DNA from: Trichoplax sp. H2 | Lineage: Eukaryota | DNA length: 64,000 nucleotides | Direction of reading: 5' to 3' | Assembly (NCBI GenBank): GCA_003344405.1 | Contig: NOWV01000207.1 | Span: 62,001 to 126,000, forward strand | In this document: piece after piece, positions 26,171 through 39,827 of the stretch | Numbering within the stretch: the first letter of the stretch is position 1 | How the letters are laid out: every line of letters starts with the position of its first letter | Translations under genes and position numbers: made by a program | The notes under the pieces: model-generated | The model's input: only the letters and a program-made list of their open reading frames with translations | Told to the model about the DNA's origin: nothing | Databases searched by the model: none

Positions 26171-29142
26171 CTGTTAACAATCGAGGATAGATGTCAACTG
26201 TAATTTTAGCGTCAAAGAGTTAGTGGTAAAATTAGTCATTTTTCACTATTTCTTAATTTCATAGAAATCTACATTTTAATAAATGTTATTTGTTGGTATT
26301 TAGTAGGCATGAAATAGGAAATCTGCAATTCTTTGCAGCCTTCACAGCAATAGCAGAAGGTGGTAGTAATTTTATATTATGCTGATCCGAATTAGTAATA
26401 TTTGTAAAACGATATGTCCGGAGTTATTTTTGGGAATTACTAAATAAAATTCATACCGTAAAGCATTACGTTACAATAGATTGTAAAATACACGTATAAT
26501 GTCCATGCTTTTGCTCTTTCTGCAGAAAATTTATAGGCACAAACTGCCGTTGTTTCCTGTAATTATTATTCTCTGATTCTGGAAATTGTTGGTAATCAAA
26601 CTGCTAGCGCACAGAGACGTGGGCAACATGATTCAAGTAAATATTTTGTGTGATCTTATATCAACATTACAATAACCTATAGAAATTTAATCGCTTTTAT
26701 AAATAAATTTTAAAGTCAAGACTAGCACTAGCTAAAGCGTATCTTAATTCGCTGGCTAATAGATGCTATAATTATTGAAGTCTTATTAGTAACACACTGA
26801 CCTTTTCCGAACCTATTAACGGATTCAACTGGAAGAGGACCATCCGTCGTTTTGGAAATATTTATAATAACATTAATTCTTATATGAAAAAATTTATACG
26901 ACTCTTCTGCTGTAGATATATCAATAAAAATTTAAATCAAATCCATGATACAAAATCACAGAAATAGCCATACTAAAATATGCTGCTACATTACAGTCTA
27001 TATTTTAATATTATTCCATCTATGAATATAACCGTAGTGATTAAAGTTATTTTGTATATGATATTTAGTAATAGAACGGTATTATGTTATAATTAATACG
27101 AAATATCTACTCGATTACTAAGCTGAGTCTTTAAAATTAGTTTTGGAATGCGGCAACGGGACGGCTAATATAATGTTCAAAGTAGCATCACATTAATTTA
27201 GGTCACACCTTGATCAATCTGCACTTCTATTTTTATTAATTAAACATAATTTTGTAAAATCTTAGTACAGGTAGTAGATATGTATTCTTATTTTTGAGAC
27301 ACTAACGGTATTGTAAATTGTCGACTACATGCAAAACAGGAGTTATAGAAGATTTATTTCTAAGACATATTCTCCTGTACAATAATATCAATCGGGTAAA
27401 TAGTCTGCAACATTTATAAGGCCATTTAAGCTTTCGTCAGTGTTTGCACTTTAATTTAATTTTAAGTTATTTTTCATCACTCCTATACTACCAATGTTTG
27501 CCTGCTACAAGAGTTAAAGCCAGCAAAAACGGTAAAATGATGGACATTTTCATTATGTAGTATATGATATTAGAATAGTAAGGTAAGCTATAAGCAATTA
27601 AAAATTATCTTTACTTCAAATACGTATTTTTAGTTTTAAATCCTTTAGAATAGATACAGAAATAGCGTGATTAACCTATTCGCACGGTTACATTAAAAGA
27701 CGAGTATTCCTGCTATAAAATAAAAATTAAAGGTCTATGTCTTTCAAATAAGAAATATACTGTGTTTAAATAAATCAGATACAAAATAATAGGTCACAGT
27801 CTATTGAAATAAGATAGGTTTGTAAATTTACAGAGCTTACCTGAACGATGTATTCTTGAAAGCTACTAGTCCGAAATTAGAAAATCTTGTGCAATTTATA
27901 CTATGATGATAACAATCATCAGAGTAATTATCTTATATTAAACACAAATTATAATTATAGTCTCTGAAATCGTTAGTGTTTGTCCATTTATCATGCATGT
28001 AAACTGAATCAATATTTGATATTTCACTGTAGTTTGCTGTTTCGAAAATAATTTTATCTGACAGGTCTATCAAATGGTAATACTATCTGTTAAATGAGCA
28101 CATTATCGTAAACCGTCAGCAAAGCGACGGGAGTTTGCACTAGTAATTTATAAAACAAAGCTGCTCCGAAAATTTACATCTCATTGTAGTCAACGGATAG
28201 ATTTAAAACCTTAAAGGCATTTATTGATAGTGTTCAAACATTTATTGACTTTATCCCGGTAATATTATGAAGTATTATAATCTTTGACTTTTTGCACAAT
28301 ATTTATAACATTTCGTACGCATATGTCACAACCGAGATTGTAACACAAGAATTAAACGGGATTCTTTCCTCTAAAGTAGACTTAACTATCTAAGCAACTA
28401 ACTCTAAGCACACTTTAATCAACCAAACTTAGATTCGAGTCTTAGACGATAGATTACTCACGTTAAGGATCAAAACTTTATTCTAGAAGCTATTTTATTA
28501 AAATGTCCGATTATACATACGCAACAATTTTTCAACTAGCAGAATTTTCCCCATATCACTTTAATATTGAATTAATAAAACACTAGATTAAGAACTTTTT
28601 CCCTAGCCTGAAGTACACATCATAAGTTCTTGTATACATATACATTACTATCGGTAGTCGAGCTTCTTTACAATTAGCAAATAGTAAATCCTAGAGATTC
28701 TTCATAGAAAAAAGTGCAATCGATACCGATATTAGATGATAAACTGAGACACAATTTATTAGGTATTGCAACAATAAATTTTCCTTGTAATAAATAGTCA
28801 TATCTCAATTTTCAAAGCCTGCTTTCAGCAATTTCTGTCTACGTATTGCACTGGATAAGATAACACCTTTATTATAGATTTATACTAATCATATAGATGC
28901 TACATCGATACTCGAAAAGAAACGGAAAATTTCACTTTTCTATTTTAACAATTATAATTATGGGTAGAAGTCCATCGATGTGAAGTATTGTACCGTAGAA
29001 ATTATTTCTACTTTTCTGGCGAGGGTTAATAGCAGAACTTAATCAAAGTTGCCATATTTTTTAATTGGGAATTTAAGGTAACAATTTTACCAATAAATTA
29101 AATTTACAATCTACCACGATAGTGTGACAAATTGTAACCTAT

Positions 29143-30201
29143 TCAGATTACAGATGATTTGCTCACTGTTGTGGTTAAATTAATCATATCGGTGGATGGA
29201 CTACGATTACGATAGCACTTTAGCCTTATACTGCAGAAACCAAAAACAAAGAAAAAAGCTTTCCTGAATTCTGGAATAAAATATGCGAATAAGAAGGGAC
29301 TAATCGCAGATTTACGCACTGCAAATAACTGGCAAATTAGATATATATATAAATGTTTTCGATACAGCGCTGCATTCTGACCAAGATACTGAGAATACCA
29401 TAAAACATAAAAGATATATTCCGGAGTCCAGCAAATTACTTGGATAATCAATAAATAAAAAATCATGTTCAAGAATTTCTTTTGCCTTTGGACATCAATT
29501 TCAATGGTTAAATTACTTGAAGTAGAATGATGCTGAAGATAAAAGTAAATACTGTAGTACAGGTAGGTACCGATGAAAAGTGGTAAAATGTACAAGATGG
29601 CGTAAAGGGTTAAAAAATAAATTTGCCAAGGTTGTAATTTAGAAAGCGCTTGATGAGGCAAATACACAAAACATGCTTTAATTGGCTTAGCTGTAAACGT
29701 CGAAGATCCCATCAATTGATTATGTACAGTTGTATAAGTGGTAAATATTATGTCTGGACAAGCAATACAAAGGCTTAACATAAAAATGGTGATGTAAATA
29801 AGGATTTTTCGAAATTTGCTTTGGTTTGCATTGCTCGCTTTTACTATGACTCTGTAACGATCCCCAACCATCAAAATCAAGGTTAAAGCAGCGCCGGCAT
29901 TGCAAAGTATTGGAAAGGTATTGAAAAAGTAGCAGAAAAATGAACCAAAGGACCAAGGCGTCGATTTTTTTATTAAATCAACTGGCCAAACCAAAATCAA
30001 TATTAAAATATCGTAGACTGCATAAGCAGCTATCAAGGACCAGATAAAATTCTTCATTTTCCTGTGACGATACCTAATTATGGTAGATAGAATTACTGCA
30101 TTGCCCGTCAAGCCTATGATTAAAATAACTGTTGTAGGAATAAATGCAGTTAATTGCATTACAAGCGGCGATATATCAGTAAAATTGTAGTTTATCTCCA
30201 T
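29143..30201 (-). CDS. Intronless class A GPCR, paralog 6
   Basis: N-terminal N-F-T sequon, GN, YAVYD, WSFGSFFC, DRY, CWTP, and SPFLF in place of NPxxY. Confidence 0.93.
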   Translation of the reverse strand: MEINYNFTDISPLVMQLTAFIPTTVILIIGLTGNAVILSTIIRYRHRKMKNFIWSLIAAYAVYDILILILVWPVDLIKKSTPWSFGSFFCYFFNTFPILCNAGAALTLILMVGDRYRVIVKASNANQSKFRKILIYITIFMLSLCIACPDIIFTTYTTVHNQLMGSSTFTAKPIKACFVYLPHQALSKLQPWQIYFLTLYAILYILPLFIGTYLYYSIYFYLQHHSTSSNLTIEIDVQRQKKFLNMIFYLLIIQVICWTPEYIFYVLWYSQYLGQNAALYRKHLYIYLICQLFAVRKSAISPFLFAYFIPEFRKAFFFVFGFCSIRLKCYRNRSPSTDMINLTTTVSKSSVI

Positions 30202-33200
30202 TTGATTTGGTTACTCTTTGATAAAAAGAAGCATTACAGGACTTATACCGAAAAGTTAATAGGATGTAAATGAGTTTTTTAATTTTGACGAAACTTTAAA
30301 AGATATTTCAGAATTTCATCATTTATCCAATAAGTTATTATATAGAGCGGTGAGATATATCCGTGTGAATAAGTGAAGCTATTTTATCTTATAATAAAAA
30401 TTAAGTTCTTTTTTACCAATATATAGCCAGAAATTCTTTATTTATCAAATTAATAAGGAAATGAACTATAAACGTCGCCATTTAAAATGGAAATTATTTG
30501 ATAAATTTCACGGAAAAGGCTATTATTCTCCAGGACTACAGGATCGACTTTAGAAACCGATAGGAACGATATGCTACGTAACGTATATAAGCAAGCATCA
30601 CTAAGTTGTGAGCGATTGCTCTTAATTATTACCGGTATTTACAGTTTAGGTTTTTACTGTATTATCGGCTAAATATTTTAATGTCAAAAATATATTTGAA
30701 ATAATATCCAGCACAATTATGAACGACAAGCCGGTATATTAAACTATCAGAAGTATTCCAATAGATATTAAGCTTTCCTTATGGTTGATATTTGTAATTT
30801 AGCTCGATTTTAAGGGAAAACACATCGTGTTTAGTGATTTCGCAGATCTAAAATACAAAATTCGACAAATTCCTTATGAATATTTACTGTTAATAATACG
30901 CCTTTTATACAGCGTACTTAATGGAAAAATTTTTAGAATATAAACTTCAGTAAATTTCTCTTCAACATTAATAACTTCATTTACTATAAAGCTTAATCCC
31001 ATTGTTTCAATCTATTTATAAAAATTGCTAAATAACACACCGTATAGTCTAATCAAAAGTAAATGATTTTGGGAAGCTAATAGATTCATTGTTGTTGAGT
31101 CTGTTACGCCAGCTTTACTACAACTTATACTCGTATAATCCTTCCACTTAGGTAAAATAGCTCTAGCATGCCTTCGATTCTGTCAGACTATTGATAAAGG
31201 ATGTTAATTTAGTCACTTCGCTAAGTTATAATCATTTCCATAGATACTTTGTATTGAATCTTATTAACACTTCCTAGAAATAGCAAGATTAGAAAGTTTA
31301 TAAGATGAAGTTGCCGTAATTTTATGCCTGTGATAATAATCGTTCTGTATTGCATAAAGCTGGCAGAGTTGAGTAAAAAATCAAAGCTAGCTAAATTTTT
31401 GATCATCTTATTCTCACCCTGAAATTCATTGGCTGATAAAACAAAACAGAACATACAAATAAGTTGCTTGTTGTCATTTTGATCAATACTTAGCCAATAA
31501 GCCATATATGTTATTTAGCCACACTTATTATTATTAGTTTATTTGTCAACATATTTTAGGTTATTGTTACGATACACTTGAATTATTTACCAATCAAACA
31601 TCTATAGCACCATAAACTCATAATAAAGTATTCAATAGTTGAGCATCGAGGATATAAGGTAGATTAACCTTACACAGCGACTTAAATAGCAAGCAAGAAA
31701 TTTATTCAACAACAACGTTGTTATAGATGTCGGTAGACTATATAAGTAATCATTTAAAGTAAAACTTCGGAAATGTATTTCCATATTGAAATATATACTA
31801 GCATTGGAAAAGTTTTTGAACAAATAGACATTAAAATATAGATAAAGGAACACTTCATGATAAGCAGGTGCAATCTAATCATAGGTTAATATAATAATTT
31901 ATTCATGATGTTGAACTTTCTGTTTATCCAACGGGCTGTATCTCAAAAATATACACTGAGTTAATCAATCATAGCCATAATAATAAATACTCGTTATTAG
32001 ATAATTTTAGTTATTATGGGACTGACCCTTATTATATATTGCAGGAATATAGATATATTGATTCCTTAATACGATAACTACCGCGCCACAATAACAAGAA
32101 CTGTTACAACAGATACGTTTTGATGAGGCAGTTCTATGCTGCAGTCATTATTATATTCTTTCACATATAAAAGATAATTGAATATTTTTATATTTGCAAC
32201 CTTACTTTTAAAAGAGCGTAATTAGTAATCCTATGATTTAATTATCATCTACAAAAAGCGAAAGCCATATTCTTCCAACATCCTAGTAATAGCTTTAATC
32301 ATTCCATAATTTTATTCGAAAGAATGTGATAAAAATAGATCATCTATTTCTTCTTACTTATGCCTTTGATACCTTCATTGAGTAGAACTTAATTGCTTTA
32401 AAATATTACTTTTATTTAAAAATAGATCTAGTATTGTGCTATTTCAAAAGTTAGAAGTACTAAAACTTAATTGAAAATGTAGCACGTACAATTTTTTCAA
32501 TATGTTATAACGTTCTAAATTTAAACTTGTAGTATAATTTCTCTTATAATTGATATCTAAAAAATATCTCCTATTTATAGAATGAATTTTAATTAACGTT
32601 TATTTTCGAAACTATTTCTAGAATCTAAGGACAACGGAAGGACTAGTATATGGTGAATACGTCGTAAATAATTTCATTTACTCGTAGACATAAATCTCAG
32701 CTAGGAATATCAGAGTATCAAGGAAAAATTTCTACTACTATTTCCTCACATTAATGGCTACTAGTATTTACATAGAAATTTCTAACACTTGACGAAGCGC
32801 ATAGTGATAGAAATAAAAATCCGTCATTTAGAAATCATATATGATCAGAATCTCAATTCTGATCAGGCCCGTAGGTATACAGGTACCGCAACAAATCATT
32901 TCGGAAGAATATTTATTAGACAAAAACTTTACAAAATTAAATCAGGATTATCAGATTATTCCAATTGCTTTTATTATTACAGTTAATCTTCATATTAATA
33001 CTTAATCGGATCATTGAAGTTGTTATAGCAGGTATTATGGTAAAAATATAAAGATAGAATCTAGAAAATGAAAGCGAAATATTTAAGAAAGATTGTCACA
33101 GGAAAAGTCTTCAATTGTAAATGGCTTTTTCAGCATAGTGCGTGGTTAGATAGATGGAGAATTTAGAATTATATCAAAACAATAAATATATAATCTCATA

Positions 33201-33457
33201 TAAGAGGATAGAGATCAGTGATATATGATGAGGTAAAGTATAATGTATATTAAGGAAGTGAACATACATACATCCAATAATTAGAATAGAAAGTAACTCA
33301 TTCCATCGGCTTTTATCGCTGCTGTTGCTTTTAATTATCTTTTAGCAACGTTATTCGCCGATTCAAGAAGAATTAATAAATAAGCTAAGAATAATTTTAA
33401 TTAAAACAAGGAATTGTTAGAGTTAGAATAAAACTCATAACCTAGCCATAAATCATA

Positions 33458-33465
33458 TATAAAAG
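33458..33465 (+). promoter_or_regulatory. Candidate TATA box of the astacin gene
   Basis: TATAAAAG about 140 nt upstream of the ATG at 33601. The AT-rich background weakens this call. Confidence 0.4.
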
Positions 33466-33600
33466 GCCTTGTAGGTAACTTTTTGCATCACTTGACGAAA
33501 TATAACGTAAAAATTCAAGAATTATCGTTACTTGTGTTGACCTGAAGAGAATCCTCTCCAATTACTGTAGAAATTTTTCAATACAAGATCGTTCATCAAG

Positions 33601-36600
33601 ATGAAATTAATCTTACTCCTATGTACATATACTTTTTTAGCCCATATTCATTCAGTGGATATGAGTTATCTTAATGCCTCGGAACATGATCGCTTGGTGA
33701 GATTAGGATATCAAGATCTTGGTAGATCTTGGTACGAAAAAAGAAACGCTGAATTTCATAAGGGTAGAAATGAACGGTTCCGTTTTGGCTTAGATTCAGA
33801 ATCCTATTCAAACAACGGCTTTCTATTACATACATTAGGTAACAAAAAATCTACGCAGTATTTATGCATTGGGTAATAAACTAACTTCTTAATAACTCCA
33901 CTAATCGACTGATTATCATTTAGCTGTTTATCTGAAATTAAAATTTATTCTATATGTCTTTGTGAAAAATTTTTAACCAAAACGACACCTCAAAATTAAT
34001 AGACATAACTGTAGAATAGCGTGCTTTCTTTTAATGATAGCTTCAATAATAAGGCTTCTTGATTATAATTGCTTATTTATTGCTACCGAAAATGGAGCTA
34101 TTAGTGCTCCATTGTTAAGTACTAAAAGTAAGGAAGACTTTCTGAGCTATGATTTTCATATACGATCATTTCGCGCTACTGTATTTTCCCCTGCTTGCAT
34201 AGTGTCCATACTTTCTATCATATGATATCCGCGTAACTGCGGCTATAGACTCCGTCAAAAGAAGTCATGATTGATGCAGAAATTCTGCTAGTTCGGAATC
34301 ACCTTTTCACCTTTCTCGAATTTGCATTTGAAAATATGTTTTGGTTTCCAAGTAATACTATTCGATCAGATATCTTCGTTTCTTAATCATACGTGCACAA
34401 AGCAGTTATTTGGGTTTTGTGAAAGTATCAATCTAGCTAGACAAAATATAATTTTATGTGAACATTAATTGCTCTTTTAAAACGAATTATATTTCAGGCT
34501 CCAGATATAATGGCAAAGTACGAAAAAGAACTTCTCATATCATAAGCAAGGAAAAACTGTTAGGAAAAACTCACAACGATGTTGCAAACCGAATACATCA
34601 TAGGAATGCAGTTGCTTCAACGTCATGGCAAAAATGGCCATTACCAATTCCGTACAGTTTTAATGGCATATGTAAGTGGGCCTAGGCTTTACATCTTTAC
34701 TTGCAGTCTGTTGTATTTTAAGTTCACGTTAGGCCCTATTTATTGTAAGAAAGCATTACTTTTTCAAGTTCATGTCAGATTAGTCAATTTATAATCTATG
34801 ATTTAGCAAATTAGTATTGCATAGTCAAGTTATTCCATGAATGCACAAATTAAATTTTACTCCTGTAATTTACCGCGAAAAAATTCTTACCTTACAGTGA
34901 TATAAAGTTACTAAATGTAAGCGAAATTGATAAGGTTATAGAAATGTTATGCAGTAGCCTATTTTCATATGTATTCCGATACTAAGGCTACGGCTGATAT
35001 ATTACTCAAGTTGTTGATCTGTTGTTAGAATTGAACAGTACGAGCGAAATTTTCAAAGTTGATCTTGCAAACTACTGTAAACTAACTGATTGATTAGAAT
35101 TTTTATTCTGAAATTAATCAATGCAATAAGATATAAGTATTCATTTATATCTATCAATAGTATTCTATGTAACCTGATTGATCAAAATTATACTTATATA
35201 TAACATACTATATAAGTTAATTTTGCCATTAAATACAGTTAAGTACCGTAGTGTTTGGCGCAGCCGTTGAACTTTACCACTGCAATGCGCTAAAATATAG
35301 CAATGATGTTATATGTTTTACAGCTGCAAATGCTCAATTGTTAGTAACTCAAGCTATAGCAGATTTGGAAGCGAATACTTGCTTAAATTTTTCCCAAAGA
35401 ACTAGCCAAGTCGACTATATTTCTTTTGAGATCGGATTTGGGTGAGTTGCTAATGATGCAAATTTACTTACGAGAAAGAAGATGAAAACAGAACGTAAAT
35501 TTGTTTCTATCTGTCGATCTATGACTCATTAATGCTTTAAAATTGCAAAAGTCATTTTGAAATATTAATGGCAACTGATAACCACACCAAGGCTTCAAAG
35601 TACATTAGTAATTCTAGTTAAGAGAGTTAAGAGTATGGAATAGTTTGGGTAAATCAATGAAGCAACCCTAAAATTCTCCGTGCATAATTATAGTTCGTTT
35701 CAGGAAAAATTTAGGTATAAAAGATGTTTTTGGAAATAAGGTCAATTAAGTTACTAGTTAAAAAATATAGCATTGATTAATTTTTGTACCTTTGCTATTA
35801 TTGGAGGTAGGTAGAAAGTCAATAAAATTTTCAATGGAATTATTCCGTTATTAAAAATTGATAATTCTGTAACCTAAATGTTTTATTACTTTTCCGTCTC
35901 GAGATATACTGCTTACAATTCTTTCTAATTCATTGCTTAATTTTGTATTAGAATTAATATTTATGAAATCGCATCTTAATTTTTCAGTATAATATAAGTT
36001 AATGCATTATGTTGCTATTTGACTTCTAATGGCCATTTTTTTATTGGCAGTTGTTCTTCGGTAGTTGGGAGAATAGGTGGTAGGCAAGCCGTATCTCTTG
36101 ACTCTAATTGTGAGAATATCGCAACTGTTAAGCATGAAATAGGCCATGCGATTGGCTTATATCACACCCATTCACGCCTGGACAGGAATAAATATATATC
36201 TATTAACGCGGATAATATTGATTCCAGTAAGTGGATAACGAGTTATGAAAATAGTATTCAATTTTCGAATATTACTTGTCAGCAGTAAGTAGAGAGTAAA
36301 TTGATAATTTCCATCATCATCTGTATTATAATGACTAAAAATAAAACGTCTAAGATTATAAAAGTTTATACTCATGGCCATAAGGTATGATAATTAGGCT
36401 AGGATAAGCAAGATATTTGAAAATCTCTGAAAAATCGAGCTACTACTTGCAACAATTTGCTGACACACCATACTGCATGCAATGCAAGTTCAACCTTTAA
36501 TGTACAGTTTAAATCTTTAGGCAATGTGAAGAATTTTCAGCCAGAGCTAACTGCAGTTACCTACAATTTGGAATACGACTATAATTCGGTCTTTCATTAT

Positions 36601-39600
36601 GGAACCCATGACTACAGCTCGGATGGCACTGCTGTTATTACGCCTACTGCAAATGGAGCAAGCATAGGAAGTGCAACAGATTACTCATATTTAGATTATG
36701 TAGCCATTAACCTCTATTACGAATGCTATGGTAAAATAATAGCTAAATGTTGATTATGTAATTGAACTTGTCTTATGAAGTAAGTGTCGATTAATGTAAC
36801 TTTGCAGATAAAACTCCGTTATATTGGCCTATGGATGAAATCGTCGATAGCGAATTACTAGGCACGTTCAACGCTAAGAAAGTACTATCGTCACTGCCAG
36901 CTTTTAAATCGTCTAATTCAATTATTATTGGCTTAGAACCTGGCGCAACGTCTAGTTCGTTGAATTCCTTGAGGTTAAATATGCCGAAAGATGATTATTA
37001 TATCGATTTAGGATCGTATCCCGATAAATGTGTTCAAGATCCAGCGAAATGTACAAGCGGTTTCTCTATGGCAATGTGGTTAAAAAATAACATAGGTGGT
37101 GATGAAACATCTTGTATCTTTACTACTTTAAGTCATTCTCCTGGATTAACAAGAGGCTACAGTATTGATACTGTAGGCGGTGGATACATGTCCTTTCGCT
37201 ATGTAAATTCCTCCATAGACACGAGTATCTATTTTCCATTTCCTGCGAAAACATGGACCCATTTAGCTGTAACAATAAGCAGTACAGGATGTAAGTTGTT
37301 CAATTCTAATCAGAATCGATATACTAGTATCATCATATTAATCTCGAGCTCTAGATATGGATTCGATGTGATACTGCTAAAATCATGCGTTAAGAGTAGA
37401 TCATTTCTGTTAGAAATAAATAACTAGACCAAAATGATGCATAAGTAGTCTGCAGTGTTGAATTCAATAGAGTAATATCATGAGTGTTGCATTGTAGAAT
37501 TTATAACTATTTTAAAGATTGACATCATAGAAGCAAGTACTGAGTCAAAGTAAACATTCCATTATTCGTGCGTTTAAATTATAACTAAGTACGACGCTTT
37601 TCTTAACGATTTAGAGCAAATTTGGATTTAACTTTATTCCTGTTGCCATCAAGCGTTAGAGTTTTAGATTACTTTAAATGCTAATATGACATAGCGATAA
37701 TCTTGCTGGTTCCATCGTTCAATTTTTTATTTTTGGGTTTATCTTGTTTTATACGCTATCTATTCATGTGGTATATTTAGGATAATGCAATATTTAAAGC
37801 ATGTAATGAAGACTTTACTTGTTTAATTAATGTTAAATCAGTCGACAATGTACTCGATCACTTTAACAAAAGAGTCTCATATATTTGTTTGCAAATTGGA
37901 AGTTATTCGACTTTAATTATATTAGTCCATCAAGTATTCGTTGCACTGTATAATGATATGATACTATGGTTGGAGAAAATATAGTCTGTCAAGTCAGTCA
38001 GAGACAATTAGTGATCATTCAATAGGTCTTTCCTTCTTTATGCGTCTATCGTAATTAGATTGGTTGAACATATGAGAAAATAATGTAGTCGACGAAGGTT
38101 CTATTTAATCGATTTACAGCTTCGATGTGGCATAATGTACATATACGATAAATTATGTTAGTTTATAGGTTATCACTATGTAGCTCTTCTAGATTGAATG
38201 ATACGAGTGGGTAAGAGAAATCTCGCAGACATAGCTTAATTTTTTATAGTTTCTTGATCAAAGCTGAAATAGTCCGAGTTTTCACAAGGCATAGCTGAAG
38301 TGTTTATTATACAGAAAGAACGATTCTGCTAGTCATTTCGTCGTTTAATCAAAGCTGAAATAGTCCGAGTTTTCACAAGGCATAACTGAAGTGTATATTA
38401 TACAGAAAGAACATTTTAAATAGCTCGACTTTTCACAAGGCTTAAGTGTTTACTTTTATTAAGAATGATTCAATTAGTCACTTGACAGAACAAAGAGATG
38501 GCAATATAATTTGACTGACTATGACAAGGGAGAAATAAAATAATAACAATGTAGAATTTTACGATATCAAANNNNNNNNNNNNNNNNNNNNACGAAGGTT
38601 CTATTTAATCGATTTACAGCTTCGATGTGGCATAATGTACATATACGATAAATTATGTTATTTTATAGGTTATCATAATGTAGCTCTACTAGATTGAATG
38701 ATACGAGTGGGTAAGAGAAATCTCGTAGACGTAGCTAAATTTTTTGTAGTTTCTTAATCAAAGCTCAAATAGTCCGAATTTTCACAAGGTATAACTGAAG
38801 TGTTTATTATACAGAAAGAACATTTTAAATAGCTCGACTTTTCACAAGGCTTAAGTGTTTACTTTTATTAAGAATGATTCAATTAGTCACTTGACAGAAC
38901 AAAGAGATGGCAATATAATTTGACTGACTATGACAAGGGAGAAATAAAATAATAACAATGTAGAATTTTACGATATCAAACCTTAACAATTCTATGGCTC
39001 CTGATGGCCCAAAGGCGAAATATCAGTCGCCATCTCTGACCCTCTTATAACTTTAAATATTGAATAATCATTAATTATTACGCCGCAGAAATATAAGCGA
39101 ATCACGATACACGAAAAGGGCTACCGTTATATTTCTCTATAGTGCTATAAGCCTAAACCTTTTTTTTGCCAATAACTAAGACTTGATTTGAACGGACCCT
39201 TATGAAAGTGATACTGCAAGATGTTGTGATATCTTTCTATCATGCCTTTCATTTCTCTCTTCTCGTGCATGGATCTGAAAGCTTATGATTAAGAATATTC
39301 ATATGATGTCTATGTCTCATTTTTAATTTTTTTTTCTGGATTATTTTAGCGCTAAAATTATACTTAAATGGTAAAGACGTTACAAGTGACTCTTTGGTGT
39401 TTTTATCAGAGCAGCCTGGTGGCCCTTATGAGAATAAATTGGTAAATATCATTTTGGGTGCTCAATACACTGATGGAAACGGCTTCACAAACGAAATTTT
39501 GGACGTTAGCATCGGTAATTGTATTTTCAATGGAAACTAATCGTATCAATGAATTTGGCCAAAGTGCTGGCAAAAAATAAGTTTCTATATTGAATTCCAA

Positions 39601-39827
39601 TAGTTTATAATGTTAGTGATATCGATTGCATCCATGATACTTACTGCGATATCGTCCTTGATGTAGATGATTTGGCTCTATATGAAACTGAGTTGACCGC
39701 GGACCAAGTTACAAACATCAAGAGTAACGGACCATATTATCAACAATCAGCAGCATCCGGTAGTTTGGGTTTAAAAGAAGCATTAACGACTCTTGCTGCC
39801 GATAATAACGATTTTATTGCCTGGTAA
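33601..39827 (+). CDS. Secreted astacin-family (M12A) metalloprotease with a C-terminal LamG/concanavalin-like domain, about 574 aa, 8 exons
   Basis: Frame-consistent exons: 33601-33838, 34498-34671, 35324-35441, 36051-36226, 36521-36730, 36808-37290, 39350-39514, 39667-39827. Signal peptide MKLILLLCTYTFLAHIHS; mature start HHR/NAV..KWPLPIPY; GCSSVVGR; HEIGHAIGLYHTHSRLDR; YDYNSVFHY. LamG-like motifs YWPMDE, GFSMAMWLK, WTHLAVT, LKLYLNG and IDDLALYETELTADQV. Confidence 0.9.
38092..38980. other. 20-N scaffold gap (38572-38591) flanked by two versions of the same sequence
   Basis: 38092-38571 and 38592-38980 share their start and end. The left copy carries an extra ~90-bp internal duplication plus substitutions. 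Confidence 0.9.

Noticed and set aside
7964..30201. TM7 lysine as an opsin retinal-binding Lys296
   Set aside because: The opsin Lys lies six residues before the N of NPxxY (7.43). Here it is four before (7.45), and it is Arg in two paralogs.
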